Of a stretch of DNA of 64,000 nt, positions 1-13,500 are shown one piece after another (the stretch's first letter is position 1; each line of letters opens with the position of its first letter). Origin of the DNA: Epithemia pelagica (lineage: Eukaryota; Protista; Bacillariophyta); assembly GCA_946965045.2 (NCBI GenBank), contig OX337241.1, forward strand, positions 682,001 to 746,000. The letters run 5' to 3'. The notes beneath the pieces were generated by a model, which worked only from the letters and a program-made list of their open reading frames with translations, did no database searches and had not been told where the DNA came from. A program made the translations under genes and the position numbers.

Positions 1-3000
1 CATTTCACATCGATGTGTCGAGTGCGGCCACCAACGCTCCACGAGTGTGTCAGAGCAATGGCACCCTTGCAATCCATCTGCAAGATCATGGGTTTTTGCA
101 CGGTCAGTCCCATCTGTTCGAGGACGCGCATACCGAAAAGCATGCGTTGGCCTGTTTCCACAGCAGCGACAATTTCGGCTTTGCTAACGGAAAGAGTAAC
201 GCAATCTTGCATCCGACTGGACTCGGAAATTGGCGCGTCTTGGAGGAAAACAGAAATACCTGAGACACTGTGACGCTTGTCGGGGTCTTTGGCAAAGTCG
301 GAATCACTACGGCCTCGAATGACAAACTCAAATCCTTCCTTGGTACCATCCCAACAACCAACCGGGCGCAGAATCTTGCTGCACGATGGAGTATCCATGC
401 AGTAACGCATCACCCGATACATGGCTTTGAGATGATGCTGAGTGCCTTGTTTCATGAATTTGGAGAGTTCGCGGACAGAGTTCAAAATGTCGGGACGTGA
501 CCAATCATGAGATGCAACAATTTACCGACGCCGCTCCGATACATGGACTGCTGTGTTGCGTTCAACTCATCCGTGCCATCGTCCTTCTTGAGAACTTCAC
601 CAGGAGCTGCAGGTGTAGCATACTTCTGCGTTGTGGAAGGCACATCAAACTCATCGGAAAAGCTCTGCAGTAAGACGGGCTGCGAGAACTTACACGTGCG
701 CTGTTCGCGGTCGAGATCAACCTTGCAACCGATATACTCGGTCAATTCACCACAATCGTCGCAGTCGAAGTGTTCCTTCATAGCTTCTTTGGAGTGAAGG
801 ACTCCTGCTTCGGATCCACAGACCAAGAAATCATCCACCCACGAGAGCCAAATGACGAGGCCGAATGCAGTCCATGCGAAGTAGAGGCATGGATCAGCAC
901 GGTTGCGCAAGAACTGGATAAGCTTCATAACTTCCTGGACCTTATTCCAAAAGGCACGAGCGGCTTGCTTTGTGCCATAAAGAGTCTTGCCAAGGAAGAT
1001 CAACCAACCAGGAGGATATTTGGACTCCATTCCTTTCGGAATGGTCATCCACATCTTCCGATCCTTTTCGAAGTCGCCGAGCAGAAAGGCTCCCTTGACA
1101 TCCATCACATGGACTACCCAATTCGCTAATATGATCAAGACGAAAATGATCATAATGGTCAGTTCGGAGGCCACTGGAGCAAACGTGGCATGACTGTCAT
1201 AGTGCTCCCCATCGACCTGTTCGTACCCTCGGGCATTTAATTGCGCGCGAAACGCTCCACTTGCTTTCTTTTTCATGGCCCATACGTTGCTAAGAATCTT
1301 GGCATCAGCTGGGACTTCGACAGGATCACAGGGGATAAAGACACCATTGTCAATCATCCTTTGATATTCTTTTTCAATGGACTCAAGCCATTGATCACGC
1401 TCTGGTCCATTGATGGCTTCCTCGTATGTCAAAACATGGAGCTCTCGGGTGTTTTGAATTCCTCCGCCCAGTCCTGCACCGACGAGTGCACATTCTCGGG
1501 CAAACGGTGATGAGTTGGGGCTCATGCCAGATGCTTCACAATCAACAGGAAATTCAGGAGCTTGGTATTCGGGGTCAATAGGTACTTGCTGGTATGCATT
1601 GCTGGCGTCAGTTACAAGGTCGGCGTGAAGAAAGGCTGCACTGATGTCGGAGTGATGGTCAAGGCTTGACTCCTCTTGGATCTCTTCGTAGTCACTGGAG
1701 TCATCGTCATTGGAGTCATAGTTGTCACGTGAGTCATCGGATTCAGGTTGTTCACTGAAGTCGGAGTCTTCGTGGCCCAGTTCGGCCATGGAGGAATAGT
1801 AGTTAATCTCCGACTGTGTAAGGGATAACTCATTGTAGTTGATCCCAGCACATTGATACTCTTCAATTAGACGTCGTGGTGGACGAATGTGACGACCTGT
1901 TCGCGTGACTTGATGTTGTCGAGGTGTAGCAGAAGTGATTGCGCTCACATTTTCATCTGCGTCTGTCGCTTGATCAATGGTTTCGACCATGGGAGTGTCC
2001 GCGATATTTTGGTTAGGAGAATCGTCTTCAAGCTCTTCAATAAAGGGCTTAGATCGATTGGACGCGTCGTCTTCGCCTTCGAGGTGCAACTCCGAATCAC
2101 AGTTGGAATTAGGTGGTAGTATAGGAGTGATCATCAAGTGGGGTGGATCTTCCGGTGGGAGAAAATACATCCGTCGCAACCAGATTACATCGCGAGTCAC
2201 ATGAAGTTTCTTGGTATGGGGGTTGAACATTCGGTAAACATCCCCGGCATGATCACGACAGTATCCGACGAAGATACAATGGGTCCCTTTGTCTTCCAGC
2301 TTCTGAGTAGTATCCGTAGCAGTCTTGACAGTTCCGGCTTCTCCCCACGTGCGTAGATGATGCGCAAATCGGGGCAATTGCCCACTCCAGTGCTCGTATC
2401 GTGTTTTAGAGACTCCATCCAGTTCGATTACTACAAGTCCATCTAATAATGTGGCAGTGTCGAAGGCAGTTGTCCACAATAGACTGCGATATTCCATAGG
2501 TACATTTGCTCGATGCATCATGGCTCGACCTCTCATAGCAATGGTAGAAATTGCAACTTCCGCAAGCGAGTTCTGTTGCGGGGTATTACGCGCAGTGAAT
2601 TCGAAGTTAAGGTTCAGTTTCCAGTCGGCAGACTGACTACGCGACTGAAGAAGAATATTTTCACCGGTATTATCGAGACGCACATGAGTCGCCCCAAGTC
2701 CATTAGATTCCCATCGATGAAGAAATTCACAAGTCGGTTCGACCATTGCTTTCTTAGACTCGTAGAATGCTGAGAATTTTAGTTGAGTCTTGCCATGAAC
2801 AATCATTCGCCATTGATTCTTGCGTGGTGTTGGATGCGATTTGATGGGACGGACAGAACTCATGTCGAGGTATATGCGATTGATGTTTGGATCTTCTGGT
2901 TCGGAACTTGCATGAGTGTCAGAGCGAGGAAGATTCTTACGACGAGCTTTGCCAGCAGCACAAGCAGCACATTTCTCCATCTCTCCAGATTGCAACTGAA

Positions 3001-4828
3001 AGCCAAGATGTTCCACTATTGGTTTGATCTTGCGGATGTCAATGTGGCCAAGTTTGTCATGGGCGTCCTGGAGTGACATGGTTTGTCGTTTCTTGGGACC
3101 GATGTCAGGTAATGCTCCGAAAATCTCATGACCGGTAAGCTCTTGTTTGCGCTTGAAATACAAACAGAAAATCATTCCGTCAGGTGTCGGTATTACAATG
3201 TCGAACGTCACACTCATACTTCCCTTGGTGATTGTGATTGCTTCAGACGAACCACTCAAGGACCATCCCTGTTTAAGCATCTTGGAGACGCTAAACAGGT
3301 TGAAAGCAGCAGATGGTAAGATATTGACACCGGACAATTGACCAGACCGCAATTCGCATCCGTATTTGTTGCAGCATATGCCTGGTAAGTCACCGATTAC
3401 CGTTGCGCTCTCTGTGGTATCATTGGCCATAACAAGACTGACAGGATCGTCTGGTCGTCGGAGATTGATGATTCCACGAGTATGAGAAGTCATGTGCTGT
3501 GTAGCACCAGTATCCGCGATCCAGATGTTGGGATCACGAAGGAGTTGTAAGTCATGTGGAAATTCGATGCCGCTCATGAGCATCTCAACACGGGTTTCTG
3601 ATGATGGGGTCGACTGTCCATTGGGAGTGGTTGGAGTTGTCGGACGTGTTGTGGTGTTAGACGCAACAACAGTAGCGATGTCTTGAGCTGGTGTACTGGT
3701 TGGAGGACTTGGAGAAGGTGCCTGTTGAGGGCGATTGCGACGACTTGTCCAATTGGGTGGGCGAAAATGCGCATTTGCTGGATTCTCCCAGCAACGCTGC
3801 GTTGAGTGGCCATACACTTTGCAATCCTCACAGTATGGGCGTGGACGATCGCCTTGTTGATATGGCTGTCGCCATTGGCCTTGTTGTTGTCCGTTGTATG
3901 GGCGATATCCTTGTTGTTGCTGGTGTTGTTGCTGTCCTGGTCCAACGGCCAATGCAGCACCGGTTCCTTGTTGTGATGCTTGGGATCGAAGAGGGCATTG
4001 ATAGTACCCATGTCCTGGTTCTTGGCAGAAATTGCACACAACAAATGGCTGTGGAGGAACGCTATTGGGATCGCCGACTGCTTGACAGACGGGATTTGTT
4101 TGTGTGACTTGAAGTGACAATCCACCACTGGCGGACTGATCGAGACTTGATTCAGTGCCATCCTCGCCATCATCATCTTCGTCGTGATGCAGATTCCATT
4201 GGGTCATCATCGCGTCTATGAGGTCATCTGCAGTGAGGGCACTTCCCTTTGCTTGTTGTTCTGTTGCAACAATGGTGCTGTAGATCGGTGCGGCTTTCTC
4301 AATCACGATAGCCACCAGATCGTCGTCAGTCAATTCATGGTTATGGCGATTCTCAATCTGCGATATCTTCTTGCGAAGAATCTTGGGGTTCATCGTATTG
4401 GTCATGGAGATCTTGTTCACGTCTTGTCGGATTCGCATCTTGGCGGCAATGTTTTCGCTTTTGTAGTTTCGGAACAATCCCTTCACGATGATGTGAGCCC
4501 GACCACCTGGCCAGTCAGATGTGATGGATTTCATCACGAGTTTCAAATCGTCATCGGCTTGGAGTGCCATGCTAAGGCAAGCAACAGCCATGGCGTTCCG
4601 ATTCAGTGCTTTCTTGGAGGCTTTTCCGCTGTCTGTCGACTCGTCAATTGGTTCGTGTTCGGTGCTTGGGAGTTCCTTCTCTGGTGCATCGGACAAAGCT
4701 CCGATGAAGTTGTGGACACGAGCATGAGAACGGAAGCGCATCCACCAAATGGGGTAATCGGCCTTCTTTCCCGAAAAGGTTGGTACCTTGATCGCAGTTG
4801 AGGTCTTGTCGCTACTTGAAAGATCCAT
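1..4828 (-). pseudogene. Copia gag-pol polyprotein with a 1-nt frameshift at about 504/505
   Basis: Zn knuckles CNFCQEPGHGYYQC and CEDCKVYGHSTQRC, protease WIADTGATQHM, integrase H-H-C-C and core, RT SWVDDFL. After GKLLHLM the neighbouring frame reads WSRPDILNSVRELSKF...SDSDFAKDPDKRHSVSG (RNase H) and stays open to base 1. Confidence 0.92.
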
Positions 4829-5049
4829 TTTGATATGATTGATATGAGATAGATATGATGTCAGTCAAACAATCGACAAAGCAACAACACACGATCAGAG
4901 AGCTCAAACCTTGGTGGTTCTGATAGACTCCTATCCCGATTTTCGATTCAGCAATTCAACAGCGTCAGATTTCTTGATCCCGTGCTCACGAGTTTCGCTT
5001 TTTCGATCGATAAGGGGACCAATGAAGCAATCACCGATACTAGCTAGTA

Positions 5050-5328
5050 TGTTGGATCACTAGATTGGCCCTGATGGTCTCCTCTGTGCACAGAAGTAAG
5101 GTAATCATAGAAGTAATGCAAAAGGGTTTCGAAACTGAGTGATTTAGAAAGAGTGAGCGTTACGACTAGGATTGAGAGAATGTTGTTATGCCAGATGAGA
5201 TCGAGATGGTCCAAGACCTAGATGAGCTATAACCGCCTCCCATGCGGTTTGCATCCCAACGTCTCGTTGTGCGACTGACTTGATTCGGGACCACGACATG
5301 AAGAGCGACTCAATTGAAGATTCCAACA
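5050..5328 (-). repeat. Candidate 5' LTR of element A (279 bp)
   Basis: Bounded by TGTTGGA...TCCAACA, a 7-bp perfect inverted repeat with TG..CA ends, about 220 bp upstream of the gag ATG. No second copy in window and no canonical PBS. Confidence 0.45.
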
Positions 5329-6671
5329 AATCACACTCTCATGAAGCAATTCCAAATACAAGACTAACGCCCGTGGTGGGCAATGATCAAGTGGATGTCA
5401 CCTTTGGATGTGGAACCAACTTGTTGTCGACCGGATTCATATTGGAAAGCACGGATCCCGTGGTGCGAGACTTGTTTCTTCCCTTTCCCCGAACCAGCGA
5501 TGGTACCAATCACCATACGAGCAGCAGCAGTGGTAGTAGTATTCTTCCCAACCAGCCAAACAATCCATACGACGAGGATGTGAATAGTCGACGAACGTAG
5601 TCTCATCCACAATCCACAACTCCCATCCAAACCGTCCACTTCTCGAACGACCATTTCGGGACGAGTCAATACGACACCAGGAAGGACGACCAGTACACTG
5701 ACGCCGGTCCTGCAGCCCATCTCGTCCTCTGATTCCGCCATCAACTTTCGTACCGGCCTGTCTGGACACAGTGGGTTGGCAGTCCCCTCTTTGAAAAAAA
5801 GCAAGCCCCATTATTCTCCTCAAGCATCCAATCACCACCATGCAACCAACAGCAACAACCCACCGAGTACTACTCCTAGAGTTTGGGATTTTGATTGTGG
5901 TATTTCATGTGCCTGGTTCGTAGCGGATAATCATTCGTATATATATAACTGTTCATTTTGTATGATTCCTTCCAAACTGCCTGCGTATCCTTGACAGACT
6001 GTTTCATCTCCAAACTCCAGGCCAGGCATGTGTGCCAATATCTACTAGGGATGTAAACGTAAGAGCCGATGTTACTAATCGTTCTAATAGGTATTAAGTG
6101 GACAACATTGTGAAGAAAAGATCCTGGTTTGGGAGATTGGTTGTCATACAGCCAAGTGCAGCGTTAACGACAACGCGACAGTCTCTCACACAGCCAGGGA
6201 GACAAACGAGGCAGCGGACGAGGCGACCACAGAACAGTGCACAACATGAAGCACTGCTATTTCTCGAGATACAGGCACTGCGTACGTGAAGTTTTTCGAT
6301 AATCTGTTTATGTTATACCTATGCTATCGATCTGGCGCTTTACTTCAGGTACCAGCGGCATGTGACGGCTATGGTGACCGGAAGCGGTGGCAGTTGTTTT
6401 TGTTTTCGTATTTCATAACGAAATTATGTGAGGAACGAGAAAACCTTAACGCGTCCGCACCGCTAGATTACTATCAGATAATATGTACCAGAGAAAAGGG
6501 AGTAATTACCAATATTTGTACACAATGTTTGTACTTTAATCCACGAGGTATATGGCGCGCGAAACCAGCTTGTCTATTCGAGATGATTGGAATTCATGGA
6601 GCTTCCTGGTTCCCATGACCACGAAAAAACGTTATGCCATACAATTTTAGCATCCCAAACTAAAATTTCAG

Positions 6672-7757
6672 ATGTCTCACAAAATTGACTTTGTGCCGCC
6701 GACACAAGACACTGGTATGACAGCAAACGCCCAACGTTCGTTGGAAAGTCCACCACCATTGGATTGCAAGGCTCGAAAGTCTCCAACTGAATCCCAGAAG
6801 TGCAAGGACCGTGGTTCGATCGTCTTCCTAGCTCCCAAGCCATCTCGACCGCTAAGCGCGTACAATTTGTTTTTCAAATATTATCGTGAGCGCTTCTTGG
6901 TCGACGGCGACAAGGTTGATCAGGATCATCAAGACATAACAAGTGAGCTAGTCCATCGCTTAAGCCGAGAGCACAAGAAAAATCCAAAGAGAGCCCACCG
7001 TAGGACTCATGGAAAAATATCATTTCGTGATCTGACAAGAAGGATTGCCGACAGTTGGAAAAAACTGCCAGTTGAGTTCAAAAAGATTTTTGAGGAGCAA
7101 GCAGTGGTTGAGAAGGAAGAATATGAAGAAAAACTTCGTGAATGGAAACTCGGAGAGCAAAATTTTGGACGCGTCCCCGTCTATCAACAGTACCATTCAG
7201 CACCAGAGAGCAACCATGACCAAATAAGAGATGTCGGAGTTTCAGAGCATGCTTCTATCAATAATGCTTCCTCTACCAATGGATTTCCTGCTGATGCCTC
7301 TAATATGCTGAGTCCGAACGAGGGATCAAAAGGTTATTTCTGTGGTGATGCGGTTCGTCCTCCACAGCATTCATCGGAAGCTAGTGCTGATGACGACGAC
7401 GAAGAGCACAGCACAGGATCATCCATTTCTGTTTCAGTCGAAACAGATCGCCTCCAACAACTTCGTAACCAGGTTGATGCTGGCCTAGCTTCACTTTCGC
7501 GAGAAAGCAAGAAACTCGTTCTTGCTCGCGGTGAGACCACGTCAGAGGACGGAGCTAATGCTGATGTTACGGCCACATCTGCAAATAATACAAATTCGAT
7601 GCCACCAACTGTCGCCTCCATGGATGAGGGGCTACAGCATGATCACTCGAATGTTCACTCTACGCAAACAGAAAGCATGTATACCTCTTTTGCGTCGCGG
7701 GAGCATGGTTTGTTTGAGCCTATCGACGCCGAAGTCCTGGAGCACCTGTTTGATTGA
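6672..7757 (+). CDS. HMG-box protein
   Basis: PKPSRPLSAYNLFF...HGKISFRDLTRRIADSWKKLP...EKEEYEEKLREW HMG box followed by a low-complexity tail. Confidence 0.88.
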   Translation: MSHKIDFVPPTQDTGMTANAQRSLESPPPLDCKARKSPTESQKCKDRGSIVFLAPKPSRPLSAYNLFFKYYRERFLVDGDKVDQDHQDITSELVHRLSREHKKNPKRAHRRTHGKISFRDLTRRIADSWKKLPVEFKKIFEEQAVVEKEEYEEKLREWKLGEQNFGRVPVYQQYHSAPESNHDQIRDVGVSEHASINNASSTNGFPADASNMLSPNEGSKGYFCGDAVRPPQHSSEASADDDDEEHSTGSSISVSVETDRLQQLRNQVDAGLASLSRESKKLVLARGETTSEDGANADVTATSANNTNSMPPTVASMDEGLQHDHSNVHSTQTESMYTSFASREHGLFEPIDAEVLEHLFD

Positions 7758-8887
7758 GGACTGTTTCGAAGCGCAACCTATAAGGGTACACGTTGTTATA
7801 GAGCAAATGGAGTATAAAGAGTGCAACGAAAATTTTCTTTCTAGCTAGCTTTGGAGCCAAGACCGTCGCCCACTGTAACTTGGATGAGTGACGCAGGCAG
7901 AAGAAATATGGCAATGGCATAGAAAAGGAAAGAGCTAGATTCGCTTTCTCGACAGTGTTGCCAAAATAGAGTGAAGAAATTAAGTTTCGAGTTTGGCATG
8001 TGTTGGATTGCAATAAGATATGTTTGGTCAGCATGGTGCCGTATACCGAAGAGTTCGATAACCAGCTATTCGTTGTCTATTTTTTTTGTTTCACAGTGGA
8101 CATGGGACAGGCGGTTTGTGGATTTGTCGTTGCACTCATGCCCTTCCTTTCAAGTCGTCACTCATGATTGTCGAGAACATTTTACGCCTACTACCCTCGA
8201 ACTTCCTTCGAAGGCGTAGAACAACTTAGACGGTGACAAAGTAAGGGAATCCTCAACCTCCTCTGCTTATCAAGTCAGTCATACTCGTAGGTCTCCTATG
8301 AACAGTTCATTCATGCAGTTTTCCATCAGCTCAACGCCGTGTTAGCAACTTCTTCCGACCCATTTCCCAGTTGCAGAATTATTTGTTTTTGCTTTTTGCA
8401 CATTTTTTGCAGACTGTGCCGAACTCTCGGGGAATTGCAGAATCGTCCGGCGCGTCGTCCGGCCGAACTCCTATATTTAAGCCCCCAACACGATCACCCG
8501 GTCCCGTTTCATGTCGAGCGACCGCGACCACGACTTGGTGTCGAAAAAATATCGATTGATGACAAGAGCAACCAGCATTGACCAAAAGACCACGATATGA
8601 CTTCTCATACACTCCCGGTTTTTGAGCTCAAAAGGGTTGATGAATTTTCGGTGAACAGGTTGTATGAGGGTACAAGTGCTCGTTCGGTTTTCGCAGCGAA
8701 GATGGAGAAAAAGATGTGTGATCCCGAGTTAGAACAATGGTGTCTTGTCAAGATTGAAGTCACGAAACCTGCAGCATACATCAGTACGAGGGTGTAGAAC
8801 GTTGACTACAACTAGTGTGTCGAAACCAGAGTCACTACGCCCCTCCAATTGAGCGTATTCCTGCATGTTCTTGTCTTTCTGTATCTT

Positions 8888-10331
8888 TCATCCTGATGCC
8901 GCACTCGCATTTGTGGTTGACAATGCTGCCATAAAGTCCAGATCGGCCAAAAGCGACCGACACACGGAAGGTGATTCCAACCCCTTGTACTTCAAAAATG
9001 CAGTACTTCGGCCTCGAATGGAAGCGGCCAGGCATGCCGCCGCTTTGGGTACCCTCTCTAACTCGCTTACTGGATCCCACATCGTCCGGACGGTAAACAA
9101 AATGTAGTTGGATCGGGGAAGGCGACGCAACGTCTGATACTCTACTTCCAGGTATAGGGGATACCTGTCCTTTGTCCTGGGGGCCACGCCATGAATTGCA
9201 TCCACCTGTTCAGGTGCCGAACGTAGTGCACCGGAGTTTTCATTTATGCATTCAGTAGCAGCCACTTTTTCCTTGCAACACGAGCGTTCATGAGCAAAGG
9301 GTACTTCTCGGCTGTTGACAAAATTCCAATTGTTTCGCCACAAAATGACATTGGAGTGTTTTAAACTTGTGTGCAAGGTCAAATTGACAGCCTTTAACAA
9401 ATCTTGATCAAATCCGGGAACGGGCTGATGAATAAATTGCATGGGCTTGCCAAGTCGTTCGTCCAATTGGTCAAAACTATGAACCACAGCAGCTGCAGCC
9501 ATACAATATTGAGCTTGAGATGCCCTTCTCGATGCCGAGGAAGCAATTGATTCCGGATTATGTGTCGAGTTGTCTGAGACTGAAGGGCGCAGTAGAATCA
9601 AGTCTTCTTGAACCAACCGAGCACAAAGTTTCAAGGGGCAATGGCTCCATTCGTTCACGTAAAAGGTTTGACCTGTAGTAGCAACTGATATAGTGCCATG
9701 GGGAGGATTGTACTGATACACGCCGGGATATCGTTGTGGCAGATAATCCAACCACAGCTCCAAACACTCTGTCTGTGCATCCAGTGACTCTAGCTCGGCA
9801 ACCCATACTGTGTCATCAGAGGTCCAGCTTTGTGGGGGCATACATGCAGTGGTATCCGAGCTTTTGCAATCATTGGAAATGGCAAGGCATGTGCTGGCCC
9901 TTGTCATTACGTATCCTTTATTGTCCATCAAAGTTTTCAAGGGCAGCCCGTGATTTCGATTATTCAAGTCCAAACACTGTTGCTTGAACAAGAGTTCTTT
10001 GCAGTGACGATCCCAATCATGATCATCTTGCACAAGAAAATGCCTAGAGGGCTTCCCTGTGTTTGTTCCGTCCGGAAACACATGTCGATGTAAGCCCATG
10101 CGCAATCGCCCCGGTGTATCGTGTCCCGAGATTCCCGCATTTAACCACCGCGCAGCGAGAGGAAGAGTTGTGGAAGCCTCATGTTCGGCATTTCTGGTCC
10201 AGTCCTCGAACAAATCCAACGGATGTTGCTGCGAAGTCCTCGAATTGCTTGTCTTTGGATGACCTCTATCGTCAAGAACATCTTTCTGGACACCTTTCGG
10301 TGATTCTTGACTCGGAACAACCATGGCCTGC
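8888..10331 (-). pseudogene. DUF3445 (heme-dependent oxidative N-demethylase alpha-like) gene, 3' part, interrupted by element B
   Basis: Motifs LRMGL, LCARLVQEDLILL, IHQPVPGF, RNNW, EYQTLRRLPRSNYILFTVRT. Joins in frame to 17432-17849 when B and one TSD copy are removed. Confidence 0.82.
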
Positions 10332-10498
10332 TGAAAGGAGGGTTTGGTTTGTAAAATTATGACTAGTAATCGGTTTAAACTCGGTAGGTCCTAATACGTA
10401 AGTGGAAATAGGTGAGGGTACGTCATTCGATTGCGACGCTGGCCTTGAACCTATGGATCGTCCCTTTGGAGTCTCCATTAGGTCGCACTGTCCTTTCA
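10332..10498 (-). repeat. 3' LTR of element B
   Basis: Identical by eye to 17265-17431. Confidence 0.97.
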
Positions 10499-10510
10499 CT
10501 CCCTCTCAGA
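10499..10510 (-). other. Polypurine tract of element B
   Basis: TCTGAGAGGGAG immediately before the 3' LTR on the minus strand. Confidence 0.85.
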
Positions 10511-10578
10511 GGAGCAATCGGATGAGAGATAACATGTAATGAGATGGATTGTGGGATGAAATGAAAATGGTGAAGGCC

Positions 10579-13500
10579 TTACCAACCACAAAGGAGCTTC
10601 CGGATGTGCTCGAAAGTGGTTTGGGTCAATCCTTTGGTTAAAATATCCGCGCGTTGTTCCGTCGTTGCCACTTTGACAACGGTTAGACGCTCGTTTAGAT
10701 GGGATCGGAACCAATGGGTTTTCACGGCATAATATTTTGATCTGGGCGTGATTCGACCTGGTTCCATATTTGCAAGGGTTAACGCTCCAGCGTTGTCTTC
10801 CCATACGGTAGTCTTGAATGTTGTGGTATAGTCGTCACTTAATCCCACTCCTTTTGCGACATGGGTCAGGAGTTCTCGTAGGGGAAGGACCGACTTCAAA
10901 GCTTCGCTTAGCGCGTTGTATTCGGCTTCCATTGTACTTAGGGCAATGGATGTTTGGAGTTTACTCGTCCATATGACTGGGCAATTGGCAATGCATATAG
11001 CGTAGCCTGTACGGCTCTTGACACTGGTAGGGTCATTCTTTTCTTCGTACGGCCATAATCCGGCAAAGTCTGCATCGACGTAGCAGTCGACGTCGAGTTC
11101 TTGACTCGGCTTCAAGATCAATCCTTGGTCTTGGGTATGTTTCAGATACTGCCCAATCTTCTCGACTGCTCGTTCGTGTGAACGCTTCGGGTTGTGGACG
11201 AACCGGGCACATTGGCTCACGGCATACGTTAAATCAGGGCGACTGTGCGCATGAAGGTACTGGAGCATCCCGATCACGCTAGCGTAATTATAGCGGCCTT
11301 GTGGGGGATCTCCTTCTTTGTCTTCTACAAGGGGCTTTGATAATGCAGGTGTACAACTGCGTTCCAAGTCACCAACTTGTAGGGCTTCCAATATACGTTT
11401 GATCAGACCTTGTTGGGTCAGTTTGATAGTTCCTTGGGTATTGTCTCGTTCGATGTGAACGCCCAAGAATCCTGCTACGCTGTCTTCAACGTCGAGTTCA
11501 GCGTGTTCTTCTTTCTTTAATCGTTCGAGCACCTCGTCGATATATTCCCGCTTCGGACTGTAGAAGAGTGTGTCGTCCACGTACACTACCGCAATGACCT
11601 TGTCCGAAATAAATAGGCAGGGATCAACGGATTCTTGAGACACAAAGCCCACTCTTTCTAACTGGCCCTTGAAGTGCTGGAAGAAGTTCCGTGGGGCCTG
11701 TTTGAGTCCGTACAGAGAACGATTCAATTTGAGTACTCGTCCGTCTTGGCCGAATCCTCTCGGCATCTCGACGTAGACACCGCTCTTCTGTCGCTCTTCT
11801 CGAGTCATCGAGTCCCACTTGGGATCACGATCAATTGGGGCGTGAAGGAACGCCGCGGTATAGTCTACCTGCACCGTTGCAAGGTTCAATATAATGGACA
11901 GGATAAGCATTAGGCGTACCGTTGTCCAATTGACCACAGGGGCAAAAGTATCAAAGAAATCAATCCCTTCGACTTGATAGTCACCTCGTGCACAAAACCG
12001 TGCTTTGAGTTTCTTCACTGAGCCGTCGGGGTATCGCTTCCGTTTGAACGCCCATGTAGATGGGATCACGTTCATCCATGGTTGCCGTTCCACCACTGTC
12101 CAGGCCTTCATTAGTCGGTAAAGGGTGTCGATTTCCTTTTTACAAGCTTCCATGAAGCCTGCGGCATCTGGTCCGCTCATGGCTTCATTCCAACGAGGGT
12201 TATCCGCTGCGTCCGCTTTTGTTACTAGCATCATAGGGTGCATAGCTTCCACCGTGTTCGTCAGGTAGTCCGTGTTGAGTGCCAGTAGACGGTTCATTAA
12301 GGTTGAGGTTGATGATCGTAACTCATTCACGGTTGAGGTCCAATCGAGTCCTGCCAGGAATGCATCGTTGGCCGAGTCACGTTTCACCTTTTGCTTGGAA
12401 TAGGAGTCGCGGTTGAAGCATGCGAGTGATGCCCACCGTGATTGCGAGAAGCTGGCATATTTGGGATTTGGCTTGCGCTGTCGCTTCCCACGACCAAAAG
12501 TCATCTCGTCTGGCGGTTGTAGGTGCTGTGATCGCCGTTCTCTTTCTTGCTCTCTTCTCACAGATTCTTCCTCATCCGCATCGAAGATCACAACTTCGTC
12601 GGCTGAGTCCATCGTCGTGTTGTTGTCGCCGTTGCCGTCCCATACCCCATCCATTTGCCAATGGGGTAGTTCGTTGTTGTCGTTTGGATCGTCTTGTTCG
12701 TTCGCATCGTTGTGTTCGTTGTGCTCTGGCGCGTTGGGGTCCACTTGATCCAAGGGAAAGTGATGGGGAAAAAGAGCATCAGCAGGAACATCCACATCCA
12801 CGTCCACACCGTCTCCCTCTGGAACCAAAGGTGCCGGAGCTCCCTCTGGAGGCAAGGGCGGTGCGGGAGGCAAAGCAGGAGGCAAGGGTAAAGCATTTAC
12901 CCTTTCGGCGTCGTTCCGTTGGTGCTGGAGGGCATCCAGCTCGTCGTTCGTCATCCAATCATGATGTAGGGGCGGAGGAACGGGTTCATCGGCATAGTCA
13001 CCATCATCCAGCCGTTCTAGGCCACTGGCAACGAGTTGGTCCCAAAAGGACCCATGGAACACATCGGGTTGGAGGGCTCCTCCAGTCTCGGCATTAGGCA
13101 CGCTAGTGAATAAGTCGTCGTAGACGACGTGATATTGGGGACTCACGTATCCCGTAGCAATGTTGAGAATCAGGCCCACGGTGCTTGAATGGGAGGGTGA
13201 AACGCCCAAGTACTGACCACGACGAGCACGAGGGGCCCATTTAGGCAATTTCTTGCCATCTTGAAGGGCAGGGTCTAGGACATAGACCGGGCAACCCCAA
13301 ACGTGACTGCGGTGCAAGTGATGTAAGGTAGGGAACGTCGTTCCAGTAAAAACTTCCAATGGGGCAATGTGTGTTAATCGCTTTGGGAGATGATTCCAAA
13401 GCCACACTGCATGTTGTAGGGCAAACGGCCAAAGGCTTAAATCGTGGGCATGTTCCGGCCAATGTAGCACGGCATGCAGCATCATCGTACGGGCCCAGGA

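Larger units (their letters stand above)
1..5328 (-). mobile_element. Ty1/copia LTR retrotransposon A (single gag-pol ORF), 3' end beyond window start
   Basis: Domain order gag-PR-IN-RT-RH; the 5' boundary relies on a candidate LTR at 5050-5328; 3' LTR and TSD cannot be seen. Confidence 0.9.

Noticed and set aside
4911-4930. Alternative LTR/PBS boundary at TGATAG / CTATCAGAACC
   Set aside because: Only a partial PBS match and no matching inverted end nearby; the 5050-5328 candidate has better termini.
5280-5994. Overlapping 66-146 aa ORFs beside element A
   Set aside because: May be the remnant of a gene interrupted by A, but no frame gives a recognisable protein.
8597-8797. 66-aa ORF with an upstream TATA-like motif
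   Set aside because: Short, with no recognisable motif; cannot be supported without expression data.
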